A DNA stretch of 32,516 bases. Source: an uncultured Candidatus Saccharibacteria bacterium (GTDB lineage Bacteria > Patescibacteriota > Minisyncoccia > UBA6257 > JAKLIH01). Where the stretch lies: positions 9,974 through 42,489 of the forward strand of contig CAZCTX010000001.1 in NCBI GenBank assembly GCA_964502205.1, given 5' to 3'. The position numbers were made by a program, and so were the translations under genes. Below the pieces are notes generated by a model, which worked only from the letters and a program-made list of their open reading frames with translations, searched no databases and was not told where the DNA came from. This document shows positions 8,191-18,086 of the stretch, piece by piece. Positions within the stretch are counted from its first letter, which is position 1. Every line of letters starts with the position of its first letter.

Positions 8191-8622
8191 ATGAAAGGAA
8201 AAAAACTCTGAGCATTTCTTATAATGCTTTTATTCTTAGCGGGTAGCTATGGAACTTATTTAATAGTCGGTATGTCTATGGATTCAATCGATACAACGGA
8301 AAATATTACGGTTGATACCAAAGAAACTGTTGAAGTGATAGCTGAAAAAGATGATTCGGTTTTGATATTTTATTCTAGCAGTTGTCCTCATTGTGAGGTT
8401 GTTGAAAAATATTTAGCATCTAATCGATCAACAATTAAGGCAAATGTGAAGAGCTTAAAAATAGACAATCCTAAGACGGACAAGTCTAATATAGAATTGG
8501 CTTTAGCCAAGATAAAGGAGTGCAAATTAAAAGACAATTGAGGGGTACCTTTGATGTATCATAATGGTGATTGTTTAATGGGTGACCAACCAATTATTGA
8601 TTATCTTAATCAAATTAAATAA
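8191..8622 (+). CDS. membrane-anchored thioredoxin-fold protein (CPHC active site)
   Basis: ATG at 8191. In-frame TGAs at 8209-8211 and 8539-8541 join it to ORF 8224-8541 and a 27-codon tail. N-terminal TM helix. Motifs FYSSSCPHCEVVEKYL and [TGA]GVPLMY. TAA stop. Confidence 0.75.
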
Positions 8623-8643
8623 TGGCCTTAAGGGCCATTTTTT
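8622..8643. terminator. bidirectional terminator shared by convergent genes
   Basis: ATGGCC-ttaag-GGCCAT followed by a T-run. It overlaps the uvrC stop codon. Confidence 0.6.
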
Positions 8644-9902
8644 AATTGTTTAAGATAAAGTTTATGATGATAATTAATAGCAAAGCGATGAGACTCATCT
8701 TGAATTGAATTCAAAAGATTTTTTAGTTCGGAAGAGAGATCTTTAAGATAAAAGAAACTTACTCTTTCTTTTGAATAAACTAGAAACTGCTTCTTTCCTT
8801 TCGCAAGAGAGCCCAGAAGCACATTTTTAAAATATTTATCTTTTGAAAAAATTGAAATGGCGGCATTGAGTTGAGCAATACCCCCATCGATGATGATTAA
8901 ATCTGGATGAATTCAATGAATGTTATTAATTCTTCTTTTAAACACTTCTTTCATCATCAATATATCGTTGGGTGATAATTCGGTATATTTTATTTTAAAC
9001 TTCTTGTATTCTGCTTTATTGGGTTGACCATTAGAAAAAAACACCAAAGAAGCGGTTGCAAATTTTCCGGATATGTTGGAAACATCATACATTTCTATGT
9101 TTTTTATTTGTTTTTTTGTTTCAAAAAGCTTGGCTATTTCTAGGAGTGGTTCATCATAATTACGAGATTTAATTTCAAGAGAAGTTTTGTGCTTGAAAAG
9201 ATTTTCAACTGATAATATTTGTTTTTTTATTAAATTTGCTTGTTCGAAACTTTGCTCTTTTATAAGCTTCTGTATTTTTGCTTTGAGTTTTTTAATTATT
9301 TTGGTATTATTGAGAGTTAATACATCTATTAGGTTTGAAATGTTTTGTGTGTATTGGCTTATTTCTTCTTTTGTTGCTTTATGATTTTTTAAACAGCAAA
9401 AGCCCGGACAGAGGTTTATTTGATTATTAATACAAGGCTTAATATGTTTACTGTTGCAGGTACAATAGGGAAATATTTGGCGTAAAAATTTTAAAAGATT
9501 CTTAAGGTGTGTGCCCGATGTAAAAGGACCAATGATTATTCCTTCGTTGTCCTTTTCATTATGAGTAATTATTACTTTAGGAAAAATATCTTTTGTGATT
9601 TTTACAAAAAAATAATTTTTGCTGTCTTTTAAAATAATGTTTATTCTTGGCTGGTAGCGCTTAATATATTTAGATTCGAGAAGTAAAGCTTCTGTTTCGT
9701 TGTTAGTTATGATTCATTTTAAATTATTAGCATACTTACTAATTGATTCATTTTTACGAATACTAATGTCAACATATGATTTCAAACGTTGATTTAGGTC
9801 ATTGGCTTTGCCAACATAAACTATTTCTTTTTTATTTGAAAAAATATATATGCCGGGAAGGTGCGGACTATTTTTAATTTTTTCAATAATATTTTTATTC
9901 AT
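8628..9902 (-). CDS. uvrC: excinuclease ABC subunit C, short form (424 aa, no HhH2 tail)
   Basis: I translated the minus frame codon by codon; only TGAs at 9714-9716 and 8913-8915 interrupt it. GIY-YIG N-terminus (PGIYIF...VYVGKA), ETEALLLES, Cys-rich box, PDLIIIDGG, DESHRFAI. TAA stop. Confidence 0.9.
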
Positions 9903-11463
9903 GGTTTTGGGATAAGTTGAGAATTTTGAGCATTGATTGACCAGTCATTTCAATTGGTTTTGGAATATTAAATATTTCTAATATAGTAGGGCTAATGTCT
10001 GCCAGAATGCCAATTGCGCTTCTTTCAACTTGCAATATTTCGTTATGAGTTTTTGGTATTGGATATTTTCATTGATTATCAATCAGGTGAACTGGCACAA
10101 AACTACCGTCATGGCCAAATTCTGATTCTCCAGTAAGAGGATTTTTCATACGCTCAATATTGCCGTGATCAGACGTGATAATAAAAGTAAAATTCTTTTG
10201 AAGCCCATAGTTAATAAGCTTCTCTAGCTCGCTATCAATAATCGATATTGCTGTTCTGGCAACATCCATATCACCAGTGTGGCCAGCCATATCGGCGTTT
10301 GGATAGTTTATAAGTATAAAATCATAAACACCTTCGTCCATTATTTGCTGAGCTCTTTCTGTTATACTTGGAGCCTCAAGATATGGATTTTCTTTAAAAT
10401 TTAACGACGGATCGGATGGCAGAATAAACCAATATTCCCCAGGAAACGGTGTTTTATTTAAGCCATTAAAATAATAAGTAACATGAAGAGATTTAATCGA
10501 TTCGCTTATATGTGCTTGTCTTTTTTTATTGTTCGACAATACCATTGATAAACAATTGTCAATCTTTTCGTTTGGGAACGCAATTGACGCGTTGATTTTT
10601 TGATTTAAATCTACTAGACTTGTAATTTTTAAATTAGATATATTTGTTTCTTTTTGCAAGAGCTTATTTGCTAGATACTCTATTGGAAAAGAGTTCGGTT
10701 TTAAATTGAAAAATATAACACTATCGTTAGAACTTATTGGTTTAAATATATTTTTAATGGCAAAGGGTTCAATAAACTCATCGCTGATGCTTTTTGTTTT
10801 TAATTCTGTCAAGTATTGTATTTCTTGTTGGTTTTGGTTGTTAGAAATTAAGAATTTAAAGAATTTATCAATATACATTTCGCTGTGTTCGTTAAGGGCG
10901 TAAAAACGTCCGGTAATTGAAGCTATATTTATTGAACCAAGGGTTGTTGATTCTTTGTTGAGATTTTCAATAATTTCTAAAACTTCATTTTTGGGGCCAT
11001 CTTTACCATCAGATATTAGATGGACGCAAATATTGTTGAATCCATTTGCTCTAGCAAGATAGATTAATGAAATGAGGTGCTCTTTAGATGCAATGGTTTC
11101 GTTTGAGCCAATCAATCCAATAAGATGAAGGGTACTGTTGTTGTTTTTCGAGTGATTAATTGCCTCCAAAAGTATTTTGTTTTTAAGAAATTCACCGTTG
11201 GAAATGCTTTGGTCAATGCGGGTTTTGGCTTGGTATATAACTTTGCCGGAACCTAAAATTAAATGGCCGACTTCGCTTGATCCTTCCTCAAGATATTTTA
11301 AGCCGCTAGCAATTCCAGATGTTTGAAGCGCGTAATATGGATAATTTTGCTTGAGGTGGTCAAGAAATGGTGTTTTGTATAAGAAAATTGGGTTTGTATG
11401 GTCATTACGACCAATGCCTCAGCCATCAACAATGATAAGGCAAACTTTTTTGTTATTACCCAT
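9895..11463 (-). CDS. gpmI: 2,3-bisphosphoglycerate-independent phosphoglycerate mutase
   Basis: ATG at 11463. The frame was verified by hand, with TGAs at 11419-11421 (IIVDG[TGA]GIG) and 10069-10071. Motifs GSSEVGH, ISDGKDGP, NYPNADMAGHTG, SDHGN. The TAA at 9895-9897 overlaps the uvrC ATG. Confidence 0.93.
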
Positions 11464-11488
11464 GAATTTGTATTTAATATTTAAATAA

Positions 11489-11517
11489 ATTATATCATAA
11501 AGATTGATTAAATACAA
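11489..11517 (-). promoter_or_regulatory. promoter candidate: TTGTAT, 17 nt, TATAAT (minus strand, for gpmI-uvrC)
   Basis: The reverse complement reads TTGTAT-ttaatcaatctttatga-TATAAT. It overlaps the divergent plus-strand promoter. Confidence 0.5.
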
Positions 11518-11532
11518 AATTTCTGTTAAGAT
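11504..11532 (+). promoter_or_regulatory. promoter candidate: TTGATT, 17 nt, TAAGAT
   Basis: TTGATT at 11504-11509, 17-nt spacer, TAAGAT at 11527-11532, upstream of the GT2 gene. Confidence 0.45.
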
Positions 11533-11547
11533 ATATGTATAATCTAA

Positions 11548-12234
11548 ATGAATAATATGAATCTATCTATTATTATCCCTGCTTATAATGCTGAAAATTT
11601 TATCAACAATACATTGGAAAAAATAATATCGAGTTTTCCAGAAAGTGAAATTATTGTTATTAATGACGGCAGCAATGACAAAACTTTAGAAAAAATTCAA
11701 GGATATGGCAATATTAAGGTTATTAATCATGAAAAGAACGTTGGGAAAGGTATGGCCTTGCGAAGTGGTTTTGATTTAGCTTCTAAAGATTTTATTATTT
11801 TTACTGATGCAGATTTACCATATGGAGTTGAAAATATTAACAAAATATATACTTTGCTAAGCGATGGTGCCGGTGATGTTGTTATTGGCTATCGAAAAAA
11901 GTTTAAAGAAGGACTCTTTAGACATATAACGCACTTAAGCGTTAATATTATAATTCAAGTTTTGTTTTGATTCAATATTTACGATACTCAATGTGGGTTA
12001 AAAGGTTTTAAAAAAGAGTTTATTAAAAAAATAAATTCTGGTTTAATTTCTAAAAACTTTACTATTGATATTGAAATATTATATATGGCTAAAATTCTAA
12101 AGCAGAGGATTTTCAAATTAAATGTTAAAGCTGGAGACGAAAAGAATGTAAGTACAATAAAAATAAAAGATATAATTATTATGCTAATTGAAATTTTAAA
12201 AATTAGATTTAATAAAAAATATTTTAAAAACTAA
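11548..12234 (+). CDS. family-2 glycosyltransferase (polyprenyl-phosphate sugar synthase-like; GtrB/CsbB/Dpm1 type)
   Basis: Motifs IIIPAYNAE, VINDGSNDKT, FTDADL and, after TGA 11968-11970, YDTQCGLKGF. TAA at 12232-12234. Confidence 0.85.
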
Positions 12235-12235
12235 T

Positions 12236-14302
12236 ATGTTAAAAAAGATATTGAAATCGCCTATATTTATAAGTATATGTATTTTGGCTTTATTATATAT
12301 ATTTCTTTTTAATCAAATCCCTTGGGATTTAATTTTAAGGGATACAATGGTTTCAGGAGGGGATACAGGCTCACATAATTACATTGCTTATAAAATAAAA
12401 GATATATTTCCAACAATTAAAACATGGACTCATGATTGGTATGGTGGCTTTCCTTTCTTGTATTTCTATCCGCCACTAATGTTTGTTTTTTCGGCCTTAT
12501 TAAGTTTTGTTTTAAAATTAAATGTTGCTTTTAAAATAACAACATTGCTAGGGACATTGCTTTTGCCTATTTGTGTTTATCTGGGGTTAAAGTTTTTAAA
12601 TTACAAAAAGCACATTCCCGAATTGGGAGCCCTAGGATCAATAATGTTCTTGTTTTTAGAAGCTTTCAGTATATATGGAGCAAATATACCTAGCACACTG
12701 GCGGGTGAGTTTTCTTATTCATTTTCTTTTGCTTTATTCTTTTTGTTTATTGGCTTGTTCTCAAAAGGAATGGATGAAAACAAATATCTAATTCCTAATA
12801 TTGTTATTTTAGCTATTATGGCATTAGCCCATCCTTTTCCAGTTATTAGTGCTACACTTTATGCGATGATATTAATTTTTGTAAAAAAAGCTTGAAAATC
12901 AAGATTAATATATATGATAAAGACTTTTGGAATGGCTTTTTTTATATCAGCTTTCTGATCAATTCCTTTTTTGTATTACAAGGGGTATACCAGCATGATG
13001 AATTGATACCGAACAATTGAAATTAAAGAAATATTTCCGGATTTCTTAATTCTGTTTTGACTATCAGCTGTTGTCGGCTTGTTTGTTTCAATTATTTCTA
13101 AAAATTGGAAAATTGTTAATTTTTTAATAATTGGAATTACAAATTTTGTTTTGTTTTTATTAATTAATAATTCACCGATATATAATACGAGATTTTTGCC
13201 TTTCTTTATTATGACATATATTCTCGTTGGGGCGATTGGACTTGGATATTTGCTTGATGAGGTTTTCAAAGATTCAAAAGTGTTAAATGTTGTTGCCGTT
13301 GTAATATTAATTGTTTGAAATTTGTCTTTGATTAATCCTAGCTTCTTTTGAGGAAAGAATACAAGGATAACATCGCAGGTTAAATTCATTCCTTTATGGA
13401 TGAATTGAAACTACAGTGGTTTTGAGAATAAAGACGCCTATATTAATAGCGCTATGCCTTTGTTTGAATATTTAAAAACATTACCATATGGAAAAGTAAT
13501 GTGGGAGTACAGGCCAGAATATGATTCATATGGTACCCCAAGATTTCTTGAAAATATCCCTATTTTAACTGGTAAACCAACTTATGAGGGGTTGCTAATA
13601 GAATCGTCGGTATTTGGACCATTTCATTTTATAAACCAAACAGAGACTACTCAGAGCCCAACCTCGGCTATTGCTGGGTTTGAATATCCGCCTTTTGATT
13701 TTAAAAAGGGGGTTGAGCATTTGAAATTGTCTAATGCGAGATATTTTGTTGCTTTTACTGACACCATTAAGAATTTAGCTAAAGAAAATATGACTTGACT
13801 TGCTAATGCAGGTAGCTTCTCGGTGTATGAAGTTCCGGAAAACAATTTAATTGATGTTTATGACGATTATGAAGTTGTTAAAAGAGAGAAAAAATGAATT
13901 AAAAAATCAATCGATTGGTACAAAAATGGAGATTTAAATATTCCTATTGCTTTTTATTCTTCGAAAAAAGAAAGGGAGATGTTGATGAAAACTGAAAATT
14001 CGCCAAAGGTTAACGATGTGTTAGTTAAGGAGTTAACTGAGAATAGAATATCTTTTGAGACAAAAGATATTAACAGATTACATTTATTAAAAGTTTCATA
14101 TTTCCCAACATGAAAAGTAAAGGGAGGCGATGGACCTTTTCTTGTCTCGCCGTCTTTCATTGGTATAATTCCAAGGCAAAACAATGTTACTGTTTATTTC
14201 GGTATGGGGATTATTGACCAGATATCATATGCTTTAACCTATTTGTCAATTGCTTTAATTTTGGTCAAAATATTAAAACCAAAACTAATTAAGTTTTTGT
14301 AA
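12236..14302 (+). CDS. large polytopic membrane protein, YfhO/PTPS-related GT-C-like glycosyltransferase candidate (688 aa)
   Basis: ORFs 12236-12895, 13079-13318 and 13454-13798 plus linkers lie in one frame. I checked every codon; 10 in-frame TGAs and no TAA/TAG until 14300-14302. N-terminal GGDTGSHNY...WYGGFPFLYFYPPL. About 10 TM helices. C-terminal SYFPT[TGA]KVKGG...VTVYFG. Confidence 0.75.
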
Positions 14303-14303
14303 T

Positions 14304-14332
14304 TTGCTTTAGTTTTGTTTTTATGGTATAAT
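14304..14332 (+). promoter_or_regulatory. promoter candidate with extended -10: TTGCTT, 17 nt, (TGg)TATAAT
   Basis: TTGCTT at 14304-14309, TG at 14324-14325, TATAAT at 14327-14332. Confidence 0.5.
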
Positions 14333-14355
14333 ATATTAAATATTAATCTTAAAAT

Positions 14356-15753
14356 ATGGGGGAACAACCAAAAGTCACAACAAAAAAAGAAGAGGGAGAT
14401 GTGGATCAAAATCAAGAAAATCCCACAGTTAAAGAAGATGATAGGAAAGACCCAGAGACAAAAGGACCAAACAAGCCTAGGTTAGGCAAAAACTGCCTTT
14501 CTTTTACCGCCAAGATGCGTGCGGCTATATGAAAAAGTGAAACTCCAGAAGCCTTATTAAAAGCATTGGAAAGTTTTGGGAAAGAAGCTCTTGGGCCAGA
14601 AAGGGAAAAAGCGCTAGAAGAAACAAAAGAAGTTGTAAAAGAGGTTGGGGGAAATATTAAAATGATTGAGAGAAAGTTAAAAGATGCCGAGAGAACAAAT
14701 GACAATCAGGCTATTATTAATGATTTGCGTACAAATTTTAAAGATCCTTTCGAAGGCGTTAATCGAATAAAGGATGAAAAGGTGAGGAAAGCAATAACAA
14801 ACATATTGCTACAAAACCAAGCTGTTAAAAATTATTACATCCTTTCTATTGGAGACGACCAATCATTAGAAACTGAAAAAATGTTGAGCGATTTGGCGAA
14901 GGACGAAAAAGGCAGAGATTTAAAAGAAAACATTAATGCGTTTTTGGATGCGGCAAAAGATGCGCGTAAAAACGAAGATAAAAAAGAAGCCTTTTTAGAA
15001 AAATATATTCGCGAAGCATTTAAAATAAACGAAAAATTTGAAGGCCAAATAAATTTATCTAATTTTTTTGATAGTAATCCGGATGCAAAAGAAAATCTTA
15101 AAAAAGAGATCGAGGATTTTATTTTAAAAAAGGAGAATTATGAAATCGAAGAGGAGGAAGTTGAAAGAGAAGTTGAAGGAAAAGAAGAGAAGGAGATAGA
15201 TATTGAAGAAGATATTGTTGATAAAGAATATCCGCAAATAAAGAAATTCTTCAATAGATATTTGAAAAATGAAAAAAGCTCTCCGTTCATGAAACCCGAA
15301 GATGGAGAAAATGTTTTGGAAGAAATTAATGATTTTCTTACAACAGATGATGACTCGGGTAATACGCCAACGATCGCTCTTTTTTCAGAATTTCTGACAA
15401 AAGAAAAAGAAAGAATTAGTGCTAAGGAAAAAGTTGAAACACCTGAAGAAAAAGAATCAGCCAGCGAATTACCAAGCGTTGACATGAGCAAATTAATGAC
15501 GACAAGGCTAGAAGAAGAAAAGAAAGGAGAAAAACCGCCAAATTGATTTGACGATGTAAAAAATCTGCTTTTCTTAAAAAGTGTTGATTTCGGTTTTTCT
15601 ATTCTTGCCTCTATGATTTTTAGTCCCGTTTCAACTGCCATCTGACTATCTAAGGCAAGGCTGGATATAAAAACTGGCAAGTTCGATATCAAAGACTGGC
15701 AAGATTTAAAAACTGGTAATATATTTGAAGATCCCAAGAAAGATAAAAAATAA
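14356..15753 (+). CDS. hypothetical highly charged (Lys/Glu-rich) protein, 465 aa
   Basis: ATG at 14356 is in frame with ORF 14566-15546 through TGA 14530-14532. The frame continues through TGAs at 15544-15546 and 15643-15645 to TAA 15751-15753. No family recognised. Confidence 0.6.
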
Positions 15754-15754
15754 A

Positions 15755-16120
15755 TTAAGCTAGGTGTTTACCGCAATCAATACAGAAATCAGCTGCTGGG
15801 TTAACATCTAGTTTTTTTATTTCTATATCTTTTTTACATTTTTCACAGATACCAAATGTTTTCACTTTCATTTTATGCAACGCTTCGTTAATTTCTTTTA
15901 ATCTACTTTCGAGAAGTGCTTCGGTTGAAAGTTTATTAAGATATTCGCTAACTTCAAGGGCATTGTCTTCTTCTGAAAGGCCAATAGAAGGGATATATGA
16001 GTCAAAATCATTAGGATTATCGCCCTTAGGAACACCAAAGGCAGATAATTCATTTTGAATTTTTTGTTTTTCAGTTTCTAATTGTTCTTTGTATTGTTTT
16101 ATTTCTTCTGGATTAAGCAT
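15755..16120 (-). CDS. DksA/TraR-family C4 zinc-finger protein
   Basis: 121 aa with a coiled-coil N-terminus and C-terminal CEKC-x17-CIDC. TAA stop. Its stop lies 1 nt from the stop of the upstream convergent gene. Confidence 0.8.
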   Translation of the reverse strand: MLNPEEIKQYKEQLETEKQKIQNELSAFGVPKGDNPNDFDSYIPSIGLSEEDNALEVSEYLNKLSTEALLESRLKEINEALHKMKVKTFGICEKCKKDIEIKKLDVNPAADFCIDCGKHLA

Positions 16121-16192
16121 ATTTTAAAAATTAATATTAATATATAATATTGTTTCAAATTTATTCATTTTTGTCAATCAAAATATATATTA

Positions 16193-16220
16193 TTGACTAT
16201 TATGAAAAAAATGATATACT
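16193..16220 (+). promoter_or_regulatory. promoter candidate: TTGACT, 16 nt, TATACT
   Basis: TTGACT at 16193-16198, TATACT at 16215-16220, 14 nt before tRNA-Gly. Confidence 0.5.
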
Positions 16221-16234
16221 AATAAAGTAATGAT

Positions 16235-16306
16235 GCGGGTGTCGTATAGTGGCTATTATATCTCCTTGCCATGGAGAAGACGGCAGTTCGATTCTGCTCA
16301 CCCGCT
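16235..16306 (+). tRNA. tRNA-Gly (GCC)
   Basis: Acceptor GCGGGTG/CACCCGC. Anticodon stem TCTCC/GGAGA with loop TTGCCAT. T arm GGCAG-TTCGATT-CTGCT. Confidence 0.88.
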
Positions 16307-16310
16307 CAAG

Positions 16311-16337
16311 AAAAACCAGCCTTATGGGCTGGTTTTT
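16311..16337. terminator. bidirectional intrinsic terminator
   Basis: A5-CCAGCC-ttatg-GGCTGG-T5, between tRNA-Gly (+) and the protease gene (-). Confidence 0.75.
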
Positions 16338-16339
16338 AG

Positions 16340-17341
16340 TTAGTTAAAATTAACTTTCACAGCTATTTCTTTTTGATCTCTTAGTATTTTTAATTTTATT
16401 GAATCGCCAAGACAGATATCTTTTAGAAATTCATTGATTGGATGCTTATGATCAATGCGGTTGTTGTTAATTTCAAGAATTATGTCTCCTTCTTTGATAC
16501 CATATTTTTGAGCAAGACTTCCTTCCATCACGCCTGATTGACTGGAACCATAAATAATGAAGGCGCCAAAATCAACAGGGAGATTATATGTTCTTTTAGC
16601 TGTTTCATCTACAATAATGTACCTTACGCCTAACGAAACATGCTTAACAGCGCCAAATGATTTTAAATCTCGGATGATTTTTTTTATTGGATTGATTGGA
16701 ATTGCAAGACCGATATTTTCAACACCGCTAACAGCAAGGGTAGTAATACCAATAACTTCGCCTTTGAGGTTAATTAACGGGCCACCAGAGTTGCCAGGAT
16801 TGATAGCAGCGTCTGTTTGAATAAGTCCTTTGTATTCTAATGTGCCTTTGTAACTGCTATCAGTTTTAACATATCTGGAAAGACCCGAGATAATACCTTT
16901 AGAGACTGTTTTTTGGAATTCATCTAAGACATTGCCGATAGCAACAACAGTTTCGCCAAGAGATATTTTTGTGGCATCACCTAGTTTTAAAGTTGGTAAT
17001 GGCTTTTTATTTGTTGTCTGGAGCTTAAGAATAGCGATATCATTAACATCATCATAGTGAAATAGGGCACAGTCATAAAATACTTCGTTTCAAAATATCT
17101 TGTATACAAGCTTTCTATTGGATATTGGATGATAATTAGTGGCAACGAGGCCGGAGCGGTCAACAATAAATCCCGATGAATTTCCAATTTTTTCAAAATA
17201 TTCGTTTTTTATTTTTATTACCGTAATATCTGATATTGGTTTTTCTATTGGTTTTAATGCAAAAATACCGACAATAGAAGGTAGATTCTGCTTAATTGTT
17301 TTTGCAATATATTTGTCAAAATTTAAAGCTGAATTAAACAT
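16340..17341 (-). CDS. HtrA/DegP-like trypsin-fold serine protease with C-terminal PDZ domain
   Basis: Hand translation gives a continuous frame from 17341 to 16340 with one TGA at 17090-17092. Triad context VATNYH, DIAILKL, GNSGGPL. PDZ-like GIKEGDIILEINN. TAA stop. Confidence 0.9.
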
Positions 17342-17414
17342 ATTTTAATGTTATTGGTTTGTTAATTAAAATATATCATAATAGAAAAATAAAAACAATA
17401 GGAGTTGACTACCT

Positions 17415-17443
17415 TTGACTTTTAGCTAAAAATTTGCTAAAAT
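17415..17443 (+). promoter_or_regulatory. promoter candidate: TTGACT, 17 nt, TAAAAT
   Basis: TTGACT at 17415-17420, 17-nt spacer, TAAAAT at 17438-17443. Confidence 0.55.
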
Positions 17444-17459
17444 ACTAAAAATACAAATT

Positions 17460-17825
17460 ATGTTTAATTTAATCAAAAAATTTATAGCATTACTATTAAT
17501 TAATTGAGTTGGCGTTTATGTCTGCCAAAGGATTTTTCCTGAAATAGTAGTGACATCAAATATTAAGACGCTATTTACCTTTTTAGTTGTTCTGTCCGGA
17601 TTAATGGTAATAGTAAAACCAATTCTCGATATCGTACTTAAACCTTTTGTTATTTTAACTTTAGGGATATTAAATATTGTAGTAAATATGGGAATTGTTA
17701 TGGTGGCCAACAACTATACTCAAGCAATTGTAATTAATAATAATTTCACATTGTTTAAAGTTACGTTTATTATTGGAGTCATTGGTTTTTTGGTTAATTT
17801 AGTGATTGGATTAAATTCAAATTAA
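17460..17825 (+). CDS. 4-TM membrane protein, phage-holin-4_2 (PF04020-like) family
   Basis: ATG at 17460 joins ORF 17550-17825 through TGA 17505-17507. The pattern LLIN[TGA]VG...VKPILDIVLKPFVILTLGILNIVVN matches my memory of this family. Confidence 0.6.
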
Positions 17826-17845
17826 TAACAATATAAATTAAAAAC

Positions 17846-18067
17846 ATGCAACATCAAATAGTTTCAATTGTTCAAATAGTTACTGCTTTTGCTTTGATCA
17901 TTTTAATTATGATTCAACAAAAAGGTGGAGGGCTTTCTGGTTTTTTGGGCGGTACGTCAACAGACTATATGAAAAAAAGAGGGTTGGAAAAGTATTTACA
18001 TACTTTTACTATAATATTAATGGCATTATTTATCTTATCTTCAATTTTAATGTTTGTTGTAAAGTAA
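17846..18067 (+). CDS. secG: preprotein translocase subunit SecG
   Basis: 73 aa, two TM helices separated by the Gly-rich loop QQKGGGLSGFLGG. Confidence 0.8.
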   Translation: MQHQIVSIVQIVTAFALIILIMIQQKGGGLSGFLGGTSTDYMKKRGLEKYLHTFTIILMALFILSSILMFVVK

Positions 18068-18086
18068 GTTAAAATTAAGTTTAGTT

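Noticed and set aside
12976-13389. A 137-aa minus-strand ORF, plus similar antisense ORFs at 13651-13845, 13954-14184, 26453-26902, 22116-22418 and 23532-23843.
   Set aside because: All lie antisense within recoded full-length genes that have recognisable motifs. None has promoter or terminator support.
15138-15737. A 199-aa minus-strand Ser-rich ORF.
   Set aside because: It is antisense to the Glu/Lys-rich (GAA/AAG) region of the 14356-15753 gene and is a typical shadow ORF.
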